From Octopus sinensis (lineage: Eukaryota): DNA of 64,000 nt. The notes under the pieces were generated by a model. The model was not told where the DNA came from. It made no database searches and saw only the letters and a program-made list of their open reading frames with translations. Where the stretch lies: assembly GCF_006345805.1 (NCBI RefSeq), contig NC_043011.1, forward strand, positions 30,392,464-30,456,463, in the 5' to 3' direction. The position numbers and the translations under genes are program-made. Position 1 is the stretch's first letter. Every line of letters begins with the position of its first letter. Positions 51,500 to 64,000 of the stretch are shown here, piece by piece.

Positions 51500-51850
51500 A
51501 GGGATAATCGAGGAACCCCACTGTCCGAGATTTCCCTGATACCCTAGCAGCAAGAGCCCTCTCCAATTCCTTCTCTCCGATTCGCAGGTCTACACTTAGA
51601 GAGGTAACATCCACTCTTGCCATTTTCGCAACTTTCACCCGCCTTTCACTAAACTCAGTCGAAGATAAAACTTCCCTCTCCATTCTCAATTTCCTTTTCA
51701 AGTGAAACTTGAAAAAGTCAATATGAGCTCCACCAAAGAGGAATGTATCTGTTCTCATACCTTTCAGCCTTGTCCACCAAACAACTCTTTCACCACAGAC
51801 ATCAGGCAAAGGAAAACTGCCTTGCCTACCCGATTGAAAGAGGACGGCGG
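51500..51850 (-). mobile_element. Tx1/L1-like LINE 3' remnant
   Basis: VVWWTRLKGMRTDTFLFG...DFFKFHLKRKLRMEREVLS; homologous to 1262-1560. Confidence 0.6.
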
Positions 51851-51984
51851 TGCAATCATCACTACAGACTCGGCCGACAGACTGGTCATTCCACACATGA
51901 CAGTAGCTGTTCAACATAACCCCACAAGTCAGCAATGCCCGGAAACTGAACGACGGCGTGCAGAATTCTTCCTAACTTTGTTAT

Positions 51985-52175
51985 GAGGCTAGCAATTTAG
52001 AGTGGGAGGTAGACTGATTACACCGACCCCGTTAGATGACTGGTACCTATTTTATTCACTCAAAAATGATGAAAGGCAAAGATGACCTCGGCAGGACTTG
52101 AACTCAGGATGTAAAGCGCCAGAAGAAATATCGCAAAAGCATTTCTTCTGACGCTTTAATGATTCTGTTAGTACA
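51985..52175 (-). mobile_element. SINE family C, diverged
   Basis: GATGAAAGGCAAAGATGACCTCGGCAGGACTTGAACTCAG. Confidence 0.65.
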
Positions 52176-52261
52176 TCGCACTTGAAGTAAGAAAGCAGAG
52201 CTAAAGCTATTAGCGGAGGGTAGTTATCCAACGCACTGATGATTCTACTAGATCGCCACCC

Positions 52262-52309
<48 letters not shown>

Positions 52310-52341
52310 TGATGATAATAATAATAATAATAATGATAATA

Positions 52342-52376
<35 letters not shown>

Positions 52377-52377
52377 G

Positions 52378-52429
<52 letters not shown>

Positions 52430-52437
52430 TAATGATG

Positions 52438-52494
<57 letters not shown>

Positions 52495-52510
52495 TCATCA
52501 TCATCATTAT
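52262..52510. repeat. (AAT)n microsatellite
   Basis: Direct reading. Confidence 0.95.
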
Positions 52511-53255
52511 TATGACAAAGATGAGAAAAAATTTAGATTTGTTTGGAAATTTATTAAAACATTACATCACGTGATATTTGACATTTCGTTGCTATTACAT
52601 TGTTTTCTTTTTTTTTTGTTTCTCCGCGACAGGTTGCTCATGACTGGATAAAAAAGAAAAACCCATTGTGATGGACATTAAGAGAAAACAAAAAAAAAAG
52701 AGAGATCAAAAGATATCGAAAATAACATTAACCAAGCTTAAAAAGACGACAACAACAACGGTTGAGAGAGGATATCAGAAAAGCAAGACGAGAGAGAATA
52801 TGTGGAGAATTTAAAAAGGCCTCCAACCCGAATTAACAATTCTCATAAACATTGTAATGTTCTCTTTAATTAGCTTTCTTTGACATGGTCGTTATCTCGT
52901 GTGCGAAACACGTGTAGGAAACTGTACGTTGACACACAAAAAGTATGGAAGGCATAGAGGCTTACAAGCATAAGTACATATCCCTCTCCACATTAACACA
53001 CACAAGATGTATATATATATATATATATGTGTGTGTGTGAGTGGCTGTGTGTGTGTGTGGGTGGGTGTGTGTATGTGTACGTACGTATTACATTTATTCA
53101 TACACTCATGTCATGCCTAGAAACAATACCTTACATGTTTTCTTTTATATGTAAGTGCGTGCGTGTGTGCTAGCACGCCTGTATACATATGTGTATATAT
53201 ATATATATGTATATATATATCTATACATACATATACATATATGTATATATATACT

Positions 53256-53291
<36 letters not shown>

Positions 53292-53308
53292 TACATATAT
53301 ATTTATAC

Positions 53309-53352
<44 letters not shown>

Positions 53353-53427
53353 GTGTGTGTGTATACATACATATATATCCACACAAACACACACACACGT
53401 ATATATATATATATTATATATATATAT

Positions 53428-53461
<34 letters not shown>

Positions 53462-53782
53462 GTATATGTGTGTGAGTGTGTATGTGTGTATGTCTGTGTG
53501 TATTACATATAGTCACGCAAACGTTCAGAAGCGATACCTTACGCTGTTTTTGTATGTGTATGTATATATTGTATATATGCATATATATAAGCACACACAT
53601 ATACACACACACACACACATACTCACACATACACTCACGCACATCTCTACACGACAACATAAATAACAATTGATACATGTAATTTGGATTATTCGATTCA
53701 AGTTTCAATCCCGAGAGTCAAATAACTCTCGTTTACAGTCTTTCATCTTATTTTTTATTTATTTCTTTATAATACTCTGTGT

Positions 53783-53915
53783 GAAGGCGTGTGGCTAAGA
53801 AGTTAGAGTAACCGGCTCATGATCGTTTCATCGTAAGTTCGATTTCCGCCGACGCGTCGAGTCCTTGAGCCAGACACTTTATTGCACGTTGCTCCAGTCC
53901 CTCAGCGGGCAGAAA
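53783..53915 (+). mobile_element. SINE family D head (duplicated at about 54723-54855)
   Basis: GAAGGCGTGTGGCTAAG..GTTAG...AGTTCGATTTCC...CCTTGAGCCAGACACTTTATT. Confidence 0.7.
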
Positions 53916-53955
53916 CCCGTAGTACCTGTATGACCATTCGCTTGTATATAAAATA

Positions 53956-54328
53956 CAGGGTGATCCAAAGTCGCCATACATAGGAATAATTTATCTTTTT
54001 ATAAGAAACAGTGTATAAGAAAAGTTTTTTTAAAATCTAATAGGCTCTGTATGGTTACCATTGTTTTGAATACACATTGCAATACGTTTACCCAACTCAT
54101 TGTGAACTCGTAATAGCTCATCTGGTGATACGTGTGCAAATGAGTTGGTGATGCGTTCCTTAAAATGATTTATGTCTTTTATCTTTCCGCGATACACCAT
54201 GCCTTTCAAATGCCCCTAAAGATAGAAATCAATAGGGGTCAGATCAAGGAATCTAGGGGATCTTATAAAGTGTTTCTTATATATATAACAAATTTTTTCC
54301 TATGTATGGAGACTTTTGAATCACCCTG
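53956..54328 (-). mobile_element. Tc1/mariner (maT-like) deletion derivative with transposase C-terminus; duplicated at 54896-55263
   Basis: TA|CAGGGTGATCCAAAGTCGCCATACATAGG...CCTATGTATGGAGACTTTTGAATCACCCTG|TA; minus PR..DLTPIDFYL*GHLKGMVY...RI...CIQNNGNH. Confidence 0.85.
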
Positions 54329-54348
54329 TATATATACGCGCGTAACAT

Positions 54349-54398
<50 letters not shown>

Positions 54399-55281
54399 TA
54401 TAATATATGTATATGTGTGTGAGTGTGTATGTGTGTATGTCTGTGTGATTACATATAGTCACGCAAACGTTCAGAAGCGATACCTTACGCTGTTTTTGTA
54501 TGTGTATGTAATATTGTATATATGCATATATAAGCACACACATATACACACACACACACACATACTCACACATACACTCACGCACATCTCTACACGACAA
54601 CATAAATAACAATTGATACATGTAATTTGGATTATTCGATTCAAGTTTCAATCCCGAGAGTCAAATACTCTCGTTTACAGTCTTTCATCTTATTTTTTAT
54701 TTATTTCTTTATAATACTCTGTGTGAAGGCGTGTGGCTAAGAAGTTAGAGTAACCGGCTCATGATCGTTTCATCGTAAGTTCGATTTCCGCCGACGCGTC
54801 GAGCTTGAGCCAGACACTTTATTGCACGTTGCTCCAGTCCCTCAGCGGGCAGAAACCCAGTAGTACCTGTATGACCATTCGCTTGTATATAAAAACAGGT
54901 GATCCAAAGTCGCCATACATAGGAATATTTATCTTTTTATAAGAAACAGTGTATAAGAAAAGTTTTTTTAAAATCTAATAGGCTCTGTATGGTTACCATT
55001 GTTTTGATACACATTGCAATACGTTACCCAACTCATTGTGAACTCGTAATAGCTCATCTGGTGATACGTGTGCAAATGAGTTGGTGATGCGTTCCTTAAA
55101 ATGATTTATGTCTTTTATCTTTCCGCGATACACCATGCCTTTCAAATGCCCCTAAAGATAGAAATCAATAGGGGTCAGATCAAGGAATCTAGGGGATCTA
55201 TAAAGTGTTTCTTATATATATAACAAATTTTTTCCTATGTATGGAGACTTTTGAATCACCCTGTATAATACGCGTGTACAT

Positions 55282-55348
<67 letters not shown>

Positions 55349-55639
55349 ATATATACATACACACACACACACACCACACACGCACACACACACTCACACA
55401 CATATATATATCAAACCTTATTTCTGTCTGCCTCTGATGCTGAAAACAACCACAAATGGCAACAGTAGCAGCGGTGGTCATCAGTTAAATTTCCCACGTA
55501 CGTATACACACACGCATGATGGACTCCCCCGTCGAAGACGACGTATGAATGTTCGGATTTTAGCCAAAGGACCTGCACAAATGATTTGCTTATAGTCATC
55601 AAATGGATGCGTTGTACATCGGCTTACACTCGCCATCAA

Positions 55640-55810
55640 ATTGACGTTGCCTGAACAGGTGCACGGTGTACCACTCCTGAGGAGTCGAAGTCATCGCAGA
55701 GCAATACGAGATGAAGTATCTTGCTCAAGAACACAGTGCACCCCCCTCAGTCTAGGAATTGAAACTGTGATCTCGCGATCGGGAGTGCGACAGTCTAACC
55801 ATAAAACCTC
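55640..55810 (-). mobile_element. SINE related to family D
   Basis: TCTTGCTCAAGAACACAG...GGAATTGAAAC...GCGACAGTCTAACCA on plus. Confidence 0.6.
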
Positions 55811-56378
55811 GGCTAGGTATGAAAGGTGTATATATATATATACTTAACTACTGGATTACGATCGTTTCGCAGCCTCCGGTGTGTAATACTAATTTTAGTG
55901 TATATTGAATTATTTCACATGTCTGCACCAATATGCAATTGTATATTTTCAAAACAATGCTAATAAAGAAAGCACATCAGATCATTTGAACGTAATGGTT
56001 ACATTAACACTTCAACTCGGGTGATCTAATGAGCTAGTTAGTTTTCTTTATCGGCATTGATTGAAAATATACTGTTGTATTGTACAACGCGTACTATGTA
56101 TACCAGTAGAGACGTAAAATAATTTATCATACATTTATTGCACAATGAAGGCTGCGAAACGGTTGTAATCTTGCGGATAACAAGTGGTTAAATATATATT
56201 TATCTCTCATACCACCTGAACTCTCATGGTTTATATAGTCCTCATGAAATAATTTCATCGATTGGGTCTCTTGGATTTCAGCTGCATAGAACTCTGCTTT
56301 ATAACCCTCCGTACTGGATTGCTGTGTAATTTGCTTGCTGGGCCGACGAGAGGAGTTTTCCGTGATAGCTTCATGATT

Positions 56379-56531
56379 CTATGAATGGCGGTAAAATATA
56401 ACGCGGGCAATGTACGCGTTCGCCACTTCTCTTTGAGCTTTCAGTGGTAGCTTTTCACCAACCGATTTCTTAGTGAGACTGGCTATCTTACTCGTAACCT
56501 CGCCCCAATTCCTGTCTACCAGGAGGTCTGG
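56379..56531 (-). mobile_element. Tx1/L1-like RT fragment
   Basis: PDLLVDRNWGEVTSKIASLTKKSVGEKLPLKAQREVANAYIARVIFYR (cf. W..R.LSL.GR..V.N). Confidence 0.55.
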
Positions 56532-56799
56532 ACAGTACTATATTCCGACTAGTTAACAAAAGCAATAAAGAACTGAAACCTCACATCATTTCATTACCCA
56601 AAACGAAAACATACTATTTCCAATTGAAATCAATTTAGCCTACATTCTTTGCTATGCTCTCTATTGTGATCGGCATCTGCATTTCACTGTTTAATCCTGA
56701 CCAGTTTCCATCAGACTTTGTGCTGATAAACTTCTCTGCACTTCTCCCAAATCATCGGAAAATATTAAAATGTTATTGTTCTTATTGCTGTGTTATCAT

Positions 56800-56960
56800 T
56801 GCTGCTGGTGGTGATGATGGTGGTGTTGGTGTTGGTGTTGGTAGTGTTGTTGGTGTTGGTGGTGATGGTGTTGGTGGTGTTGGTGTTGTTGGTGGTGGTG
56901 TTGTTGGTGGTGGTGGTGATGGTATTGGTGGTGGTAATGGTGGTGGTGTTGATGGTAATG
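56800..56960. repeat. (GGT/GTT)n low-complexity tract
   Basis: Direct reading. Confidence 0.9.
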
Positions 56961-57934
56961 CTTTACGTGATTTTGAGTACGTATGCATACCTATGTATAT
57001 GTATATATGTGTATATATATGTATACACACACATACACATCCAAATATACATACACACACACACACATATATATATATATACACAAACATATATATATGC
57101 ATATACATGCAAATATACATATATACGTGTGTGCGTTTGTTTGTGTACGTTTATATATGTATATATCTGTAGCAACGTGTCTCTCTCTTACTCTCTACAT
57201 ATATGTATATATATATATCTACATATATTTGTACATACACACGCACATGCACACACACGCACACGTACACACATATGCACGTAGATATGTGTGGGTATAG
57301 GCAACTAGTTGTAGTGTTTTATGTATTAGCAACGTCGCTTGATGTATGCTGTTATATTACTTTTTCCATACTTTTTTATAGCTTGGTCTATACAGTTCTA
57401 TAACGTTGTCCATACTAGCTTCTTCAAAAGGTTCTCATTTTTTATCTCCGTTATTGGTAGAGTTTATTGCATTCAATAGATTTCTTTGTGCAGTGCTTCG
57501 TCTGTGAAGGAGAATCTAAACAGTCTTCTAAGTATAATTGTTACATGTGTGGACGAACATTCACCGAATCTATGAGTATAGAAGTAGACCGGTTACATGT
57601 TCGAAGCAAGCCATAAAGGCGAGATATCTCCAATACGATAAATTATTAATAAAATAGATAACTCTCAAAAGCAGTTATACTTTTGATAGCAAATATACAC
57701 GCACATATACATACATACATATATACATAGATGAGTTATTGAATGAGTGTGTGTGTGTGTGGTTTTATTTGTGCTTGTGTGCGTGCATTCAACATCTTCT
57801 TTGCTAGATCTTTGGAAATCAACGGCGAGTAATCATTATTTTCGTGACATGGGCAAGTTACTTCGGTTAATCGCAAATAAATTTCTAGATAAGATTTGAA
57901 GCCCATACACATGCCCGAACATGCATGTATATAT

Positions 57935-58052
<118 letters not shown>

Positions 58053-58060
58053 GCATATAG

Positions 58061-58097
<37 letters not shown>

Positions 58098-58348
58098 ATT
58101 ATAATTATAATTATACAAACACAAGCACATGCACAACAAACACACACACACACACACACATATACATGTATCTGTGTGTGGTTATCTAATGTCCAAGATC
58201 GGCCATCTACAATTATTTAGTAGAGTAGAGAGTAAAAGAGCCCGCAACAGCAATAATTCACTGGAACGTCAACTGTAATAGTAGCGAGAACGTCATTGAA
58301 TGATAAGAACAACAATAACAAAATACAACAACGACAACAACAAGAATG

Positions 58349-58388
<40 letters not shown>

Positions 58389-58730
58389 TCGTAAATCAGT
58401 CTTAAGTGAATGATGAAGCTGATCTCCTCCTTGCTGATAGATACTGCTGTCTGATGACTGAAAGGTCAAACAATTGACTTTTAGATAATTGCCATTTACA
58501 CAACATACACGCACACACACACGCCCGCACGCGCACACACACACACACCACACACACACACTCCTGCACGCGCGCACACACACGATGGCGTAATCGATCG
58601 TGTGCAAGGACATGCGTTGCAAGTGCATATGCACACATCATGCATGTTTCTACATATGCGTCTGTATATGCGCCAATTCGGAAGTAGATGTTGTAGAATT
58701 GTCTTAGATGCATATATATATATATGACAC

Positions 58731-58849
<119 letters not shown>

Positions 58850-58956
58850 GTATTATATATATATATGGTGATATATATATATGTATTTATATATATGTAT
58901 ATACATATATATATATATATGTATATATATATGTATATATATGTATATATATATAT

Positions 58957-58989
<33 letters not shown>

Positions 58990-59144
58990 ATATATGTATA
59001 TATATATATATACCTATACATGTGTGTGTATTTGTGTGTGGAGGGCAGTGTTTGCATGTAGAGAGAGAGAGAAAGAGAGGAAAGGAGGGCGAGGGAAAGA
59101 TAATGTATTGACGTTGGTCACGAATACCAGTAATATAGTTTCTG

Positions 59145-59300
59145 ATTTAATCACAAGGCCAGCAATTTTGAGATGGCGATTAAAGCGATGCCATCGAAAC
59201 CCCAGTACTTCACTAGTACCTTATTTCATTAACTTCGGAGGGATGAAACTCAATGTCGACCTCTGTTAGATTTCAGAATGTAAAGAACCAGGACAAATTG
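59145..59300 (-). mobile_element. SINE family C, diverged
   Basis: CACAAGGCCAGCAATTTTG...GGATGAAACTCAATGTCGACCTC. Confidence 0.6.
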
Positions 59301-59433
59301 CCTTGAAGTTTTATATCCGAAGTTCTGGTGACTATGCCATTCCAACATTCTAAGACTCTAGTATGGCAAGGGAAAATATCTCAAGTGGGTGTTCTGCATA
59401 TAAAATACAAATGCATTTGTGTCGTACATATTA

Positions 59434-59790
59434 GGCGCAGGACTAGCTGTGTGGTAAGTAGCTTGCTTACCAACCACAGGGTCCCGGGTTGACCAAAGCC
59501 TTGTGAGTGGATTTGGTAGATGGAAACTGAAAGAAGCCCGTCGTATATACGTATATATATATATGTATGTATGTATGCGTGTGTATATGTTTGTGTCTGT
59601 GTTTGTCCCCCCAACATCGCTTGACAACCGATGCTAGTGTGTTTACGTCCCCGTAACTTAGCGGTTCGGCAAAAGATACCGATAGAGTAAGTACTAGGCT
59701 TACAAAGAATAAGTCCTGGGGGGCGATTTGCTCGACTAAAGGCGGTGCTCCAGCATGGCCGCAGTCAAATGACTGAAACAAGTAAAAGAG
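59434..59790 (+). mobile_element. SINE family B with ~50-bp internal deletion
   Basis: GGTCCCGGGTT is joined directly to GACCAAAGCC, so the CORE-like segment is absent. Confidence 0.85.
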
Positions 59791-60079
59791 TTTATAATGC
59801 AAGGTGTTGAAAAACTTGTAAACAGAGAATCCAAGCAACACACTCGGTGACTTTTAAAACTCTAAAATCAAAATAACAAGCTAATCAGATGACGCTATCT
59901 AGCAATTTAATTTTTTTAATTATGGAAAAATCATATTTTAAAGATGTGTATGCGGCGATATGTATATGATTGATTGATTGATTGATTGATTCTAGTTTCA
60001 GCTCACGAGCTGTGGCCATGCTGGGGCACCGCCATTTGGTGTTGCTACATGGTTTTACTTCACGAATGCTTTTTAGCAA

Positions 60080-60250
60080 CTGCCATTTGGTGCATGAGAG
60101 AGTTCGATGCAGCTTCCCTCATCTGCACCTCCTGCCGTGAAGTTGGTTCATCTGGGATACCTGACAAGAAGAGATCCAGTTTCATTTTAAAGACATCTGC
60201 ATCCACCCCATGCAGGTCTCTTAGGTTGTTCGGGAGGATATTGAAGAGCT
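60080..60250 (-). mobile_element. CR1 LINE 3' end
   Basis: LFNILPNNLRDLHGVDADVFKMKLDLFLSGIPDEPT...REAASNSL, typical of the CR1 ORF2 terminus. Confidence 0.8.
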
Positions 60251-60540
60251 ATGTGTAATCGAAAATCTGAAAACCTCCCTTTTTATTACTCTTGCTTAAT
60301 TGAGTCATGCTTTCGAGATTTAGATTTGAATACATTCAAGAGCAAATAAGAATCTCATCAACATGCTCGAACCTGAGATTGAAACAGTAAGTGTATTATT
60401 TCTTCCTGTCCTGAACTATTTCGGTAATATGTGAATAGAGGCAATTCAGATTAATGAGGGTCTTGCTTTTGAAGTTAACCATGGATGCAAGACACATGTT
60501 TCGCTTCATTGGACGTCTTCAACAAAGCATATTCATTCAT

Positions 60541-60953
60541 TTCTTTATTGCCACAAGGGGCAAAACACAGAGAGGACAAACAAGGACAGACAAACGGATT
60601 AAGTCGATTACGTCGACCCCAGTGCGCGACTGGTACTTATTTAATCGACCCCGAAAAGATGAACGGCAAAGTCGACCTCGGCGGACTTTGAACTCAGAAC
60701 GTAGCGGCAGACGAAATACCTATTTCTTTACTACCCACAAGGGGCTAAACACAGAGAGGACAAACAAGGACAGACAAACGGATTAAGTCGATTACATCGA
60801 CCCCAGTGCGTAACTGGTACTTAATTTATCGACCCCGAAAGGATGAAAGGCAAAGTCGACCTCGGCGGAATTTGAACTCAGAACGTAACGGCAGACGAAA
60901 TACCGCTAAGCATTTCGCCCGACGTGCTAACGATTCTGCCAGCCCGCCGCCTT
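60541..60953 (-). mobile_element. SINE family C tandem dimer
   Basis: Full unit 60953-60721 followed by a second unit 60720-60541 lacking the 5' ~45 nt. Confidence 0.9.
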
Positions 60954-61111
60954 GATGAAAATGATAATAATAATGTTTTGTTGACTAAAACATTTCTATC
61001 GCTATTTAAAATCTAAAACGACAAGCAAGGTAAGATGACAGAAATTTCTTTCACAATATAAACAATGTACATTGAAATGAATCCCGTCTTTAAAAGCAAC
61101 TCATAAAAGCA

Positions 61112-61150
61112 ACAGGTACGTTTCGATCTTATTGGACCTCATCAGTACAG
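61112..61150 (-). ncRNA. Minimal HHR core motif
   Basis: Minus GCTGTA-CTGATGA-GGTC(CAATAA)GATC-GAAA-CG-TA-CCTG; core and stem II intact, stem I poor. Confidence 0.5.
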
Positions 61151-61807
61151 CATATTCTGTTCATTTAGCAAAACTAAGAATATTCAATACATATAGACAT
61201 AAAAGAAATGAAGTGGTGCTGATTACGAATATAGAGTCAAAGGATGAAAGAAATATTATATTTGGAGAATGTTCTGCAAACTGAATGGAAATACATTAGG
61301 AGAAACATTCCTTCTAAATATATCTAAAATATGAAAACAATAAACAAGGGATGTAATTCAATAAGATCAGTTGATAAATAGTTTGGACATATTGCATATT
61401 GGAATAGATCAACTATTTATTTATTTTATTTTATTTTATTTTATAAATTTTAAACCACCACTTGAGTGAATTTTTGTTCGCTAATCGCTTCGATAATCTC
61501 GGATCATCGATATCTTTTCTCATTCACTATTTTATACATATGGGGCCCTAATGCATTAAGTATATAGAACGCTCTCCAAAAATATTTTTCTCACCTGCAT
61601 TATTGATATTTAAAATCACTGTTCCCCTACGCACATACCTATGTATGTATGATGTATTATGTATGTATGTATGTATGGTGAGGTATCATGTATGTATGTA
61701 TGTATGTAGTATTTATGTATGTGTGTATGTATGTATGATGTATGATGTATGGATGTTGTATCCAGTCTGCATGTTTGCATGCTTGAACGTATATATGTAC
61801 AAATGTA

Positions 61808-61870
<63 letters not shown>

Positions 61871-63154
61871 TGTGTGTGTGTTACCTGTAAGGTTCGCTAG
61901 CCGAGGAAACCTAATAACACGAAAGCACTTTCATTACTCTTACGAATTGGCTTCAAAGACAAGATTTTCTTCAACCTGTATTGTCTATGTAGGCCAAAAT
62001 ATACACCAACTCATCTTATTGTAGCTTTTATCCATGAATTGTAATTATGATCTTAGTTGATCGAAGTTTTCAACTCACTATCTTATGTATTAAGTTGCTA
62101 TAATTATATTTCCTATGCAGAATGCTGCTTTGGGGGGTATTTTCCATCAGCTATATAACTAAAAGTGTATATTTACGTGCACTGACATTTCTTTTAGGAA
62201 AAAAAAGACACAAAAAGAAAACAAAACACGGAAGAAAAAACAAGACAAAATACATTTTCTCCTACTCACACAATCACTAACACATACTTTCACACACACA
62301 CACACACACATCAAACACACACACACACGCGCACGCACACACACACGGGTAGATATACACATACAATCACGTATTCATATATGCATACAGGCCATACACG
62401 CTGAGAGGGCAAAATAGTCGATTTCTCAAAAGATGTCAGTTACCACGTTCGAAAACATGAGTCGCTGTGGGAAAAATGGTCAAAAATAGTCGAAAAATCT
62501 AATTAAAGATAAGCAGACGACCACCAGTTATGGAATGCTAAACGTATCTACTGTATTTCCTTCCTCACTTTTATTTTTCTTTGTATAAAATTCTTCCCAC
62601 TTCCACTTTAAATCTTGTTTTCACGATCAGCTTTGAGTAAATATACATTGTTTCCCATCTCTAATATTATTCATTTCTATAATTATATAACCACAGTAGC
62701 AACAACGTGTTCCTTTTTTATAATATTTTGTTGAGAGTTGTTCTTTTATTTAATATTGTTCTTTTATTTGCGTTACAATTGTTCAAACTTATATCGGACA
62801 ACCAGGAAATTCGCTTTAATTTATTTCATTATCGTGTAGTCGGTTTAAATTAATGCTAAAGCCGTTCGATACTCAGGTAGAATCACGTCACGTTCATGTT
62901 TGGAAAACACACGACCGCCAAAACCTAACCCCGATTTGAATGTTTTGATTCACAGGGGAAGTTCATCATAACTGGTGTGTATTTTGTCACCTTTGTTAAT
63001 GCATTCGGAGCATTCATTGTATCAAGCTTCCAACTTTGTTATGTATATATTCATAATGAATTCTAGTTAAAACAGAGCTGCCAGAAATATTGTGACCGTT
63101 GGTCTATTTACTGTTACCACATATTCTGTAATTAAGATTTTTTAAATACAGACG

Positions 63155-63362
63155 GCGAGTGGTCAGATTCGTTTGCCCGCCGGGTGATATGCTTACCGGC
63201 ATTTCTTTCATCTTTATACCCCGAATTCAAATTCTGTTGAGGTTGACTTTGCCTTTAATCCTTTCGGAGTTGATAGAATAAGTACCAGTTGAGCACTGGC
63301 GTCGATGTAATCTACTTACACCCTTCCCGTAATTGTTGGTCTTTTACCAAAATTTGAAACCA
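63155..63362 (+). mobile_element. SINE family C, diverged
   Basis: GGCGAGTGGTCAGA...GAGGTTGACTTTGCCTTTAATCCTTTCGGAGTTGATAGAATAAGTACCAG. Confidence 0.75.
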
Positions 63363-63390
63363 ATATATTGCTTCATTATATGTTTACAGT

Positions 63391-63655
63391 TGGCCTAGTG
63401 GTTAGAGCTGCGGACTCGCGATCGAGAGATCGCGGGTTCGAATCTCAGACCAGGCGATGTGTGTGTGTTTACGAGCGAAACACCTAAGCTCCACGCGGCT
63501 CTGGCAGAAGGTAATGGCGAACTTCTGCTGACTCTTTCGCCACAACTTTTACTCTTTCCTCCTGCATCTTGCAGCTCACCTGTGACAGGTGGGGAACCTA
63601 TACGCCAAAGAAACCGGGAACCCGGCCCTTATGAGACAAGCATGGCTCGAAATAG
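63391..63655 (+). mobile_element. SINE family A subfamily
   Basis: TGGCCTAGTGGTTAGAGCTGCGGACTCGCGATCGAGAGATCGCGGGTTCGAATCTC (A/B boxes). Confidence 0.85.
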
Positions 63656-64000
63656 GAACAACAATATGTTTACAGTAGATTTTAACGAACGCCTTACTGC
63701 CACATCGCCTTCACAACAAAGCAAGCTCGAGGTTTCAATTTGGCGCCTTGGACTTCTGATTGCATGTCGAGTTATTTTATCTATTATTTGATCTATTTCA
63801 ACGTGACTCGGATCTGTCATTGTATTGGCCCTTCAGAAGTTTTTCTTGCTATCATTCTACTATGGTATATTCTAATTTTTATTTTAGACATGGTTGTATT
63901 GTTAAGAACCACACGGTTTCCCGGTTCGGTCTCACTGTGCAGCACTCCGAACAAGTATTTTTCTATCATGGCAATGTGTTGACCTCGTAATGGAATTTTG

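Larger units (their letters stand above)
53440..55290 (+). repeat. Tandem duplication of a ~950-bp unit, 2 copies
   Basis: About 53460-54345 matches about 54408-55285; copy 2 carries many 1-2-bp deletions. Confidence 0.95.

Noticed and set aside
63459-63990. Overlapping ORFs at the window end
   Set aside because: They begin inside a SINE and show no recognisable domain or convincing splice pair

Overview
AT-rich, repeat-saturated eukaryotic DNA. The tRNA-derived SINE repertoire, the (TA)n/(CA)n/(TAA)n/(TCTA)n microsatellite load and the LINE types suggest a coleoid cephalopod, probably Octopus; this is inferred from recognition, not from a search. I could not identify any host protein-coding gene with confidence, so the window reads as intronic or intergenic. 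Nearly all ORFs in the supplied track are microsatellite or SINE read-throughs. Recognisable coding remnants are all transposon-derived: a Penelope-like RT-thumb plus GIY-YIG ORF (uninterrupted, 329 aa), RTE/BovB, RTE-X-like, R4/Dong-like, Tx1-like and CR1 LINE pieces, and mariner, pogo and maT-like transposase pieces. There are also Helitron/Helentron-type and other non-autonomous DNA elements and over 35 SINE copies from about 5 families. The most interesting signals are RNA-structural: several hammerhead-ribozyme (HHR) motifs, one with a complete core inside a foldback element; several long near-perfect hairpins and inverted SINE pairs; and a tandem dimer of a ~550-bp element sitting in (TAA)n. 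A ~950-bp tandem duplication looks like a possible assembly artefact. SINE family letters A-F are my own labels. Most boundaries are approximate to about 10-20 bp.
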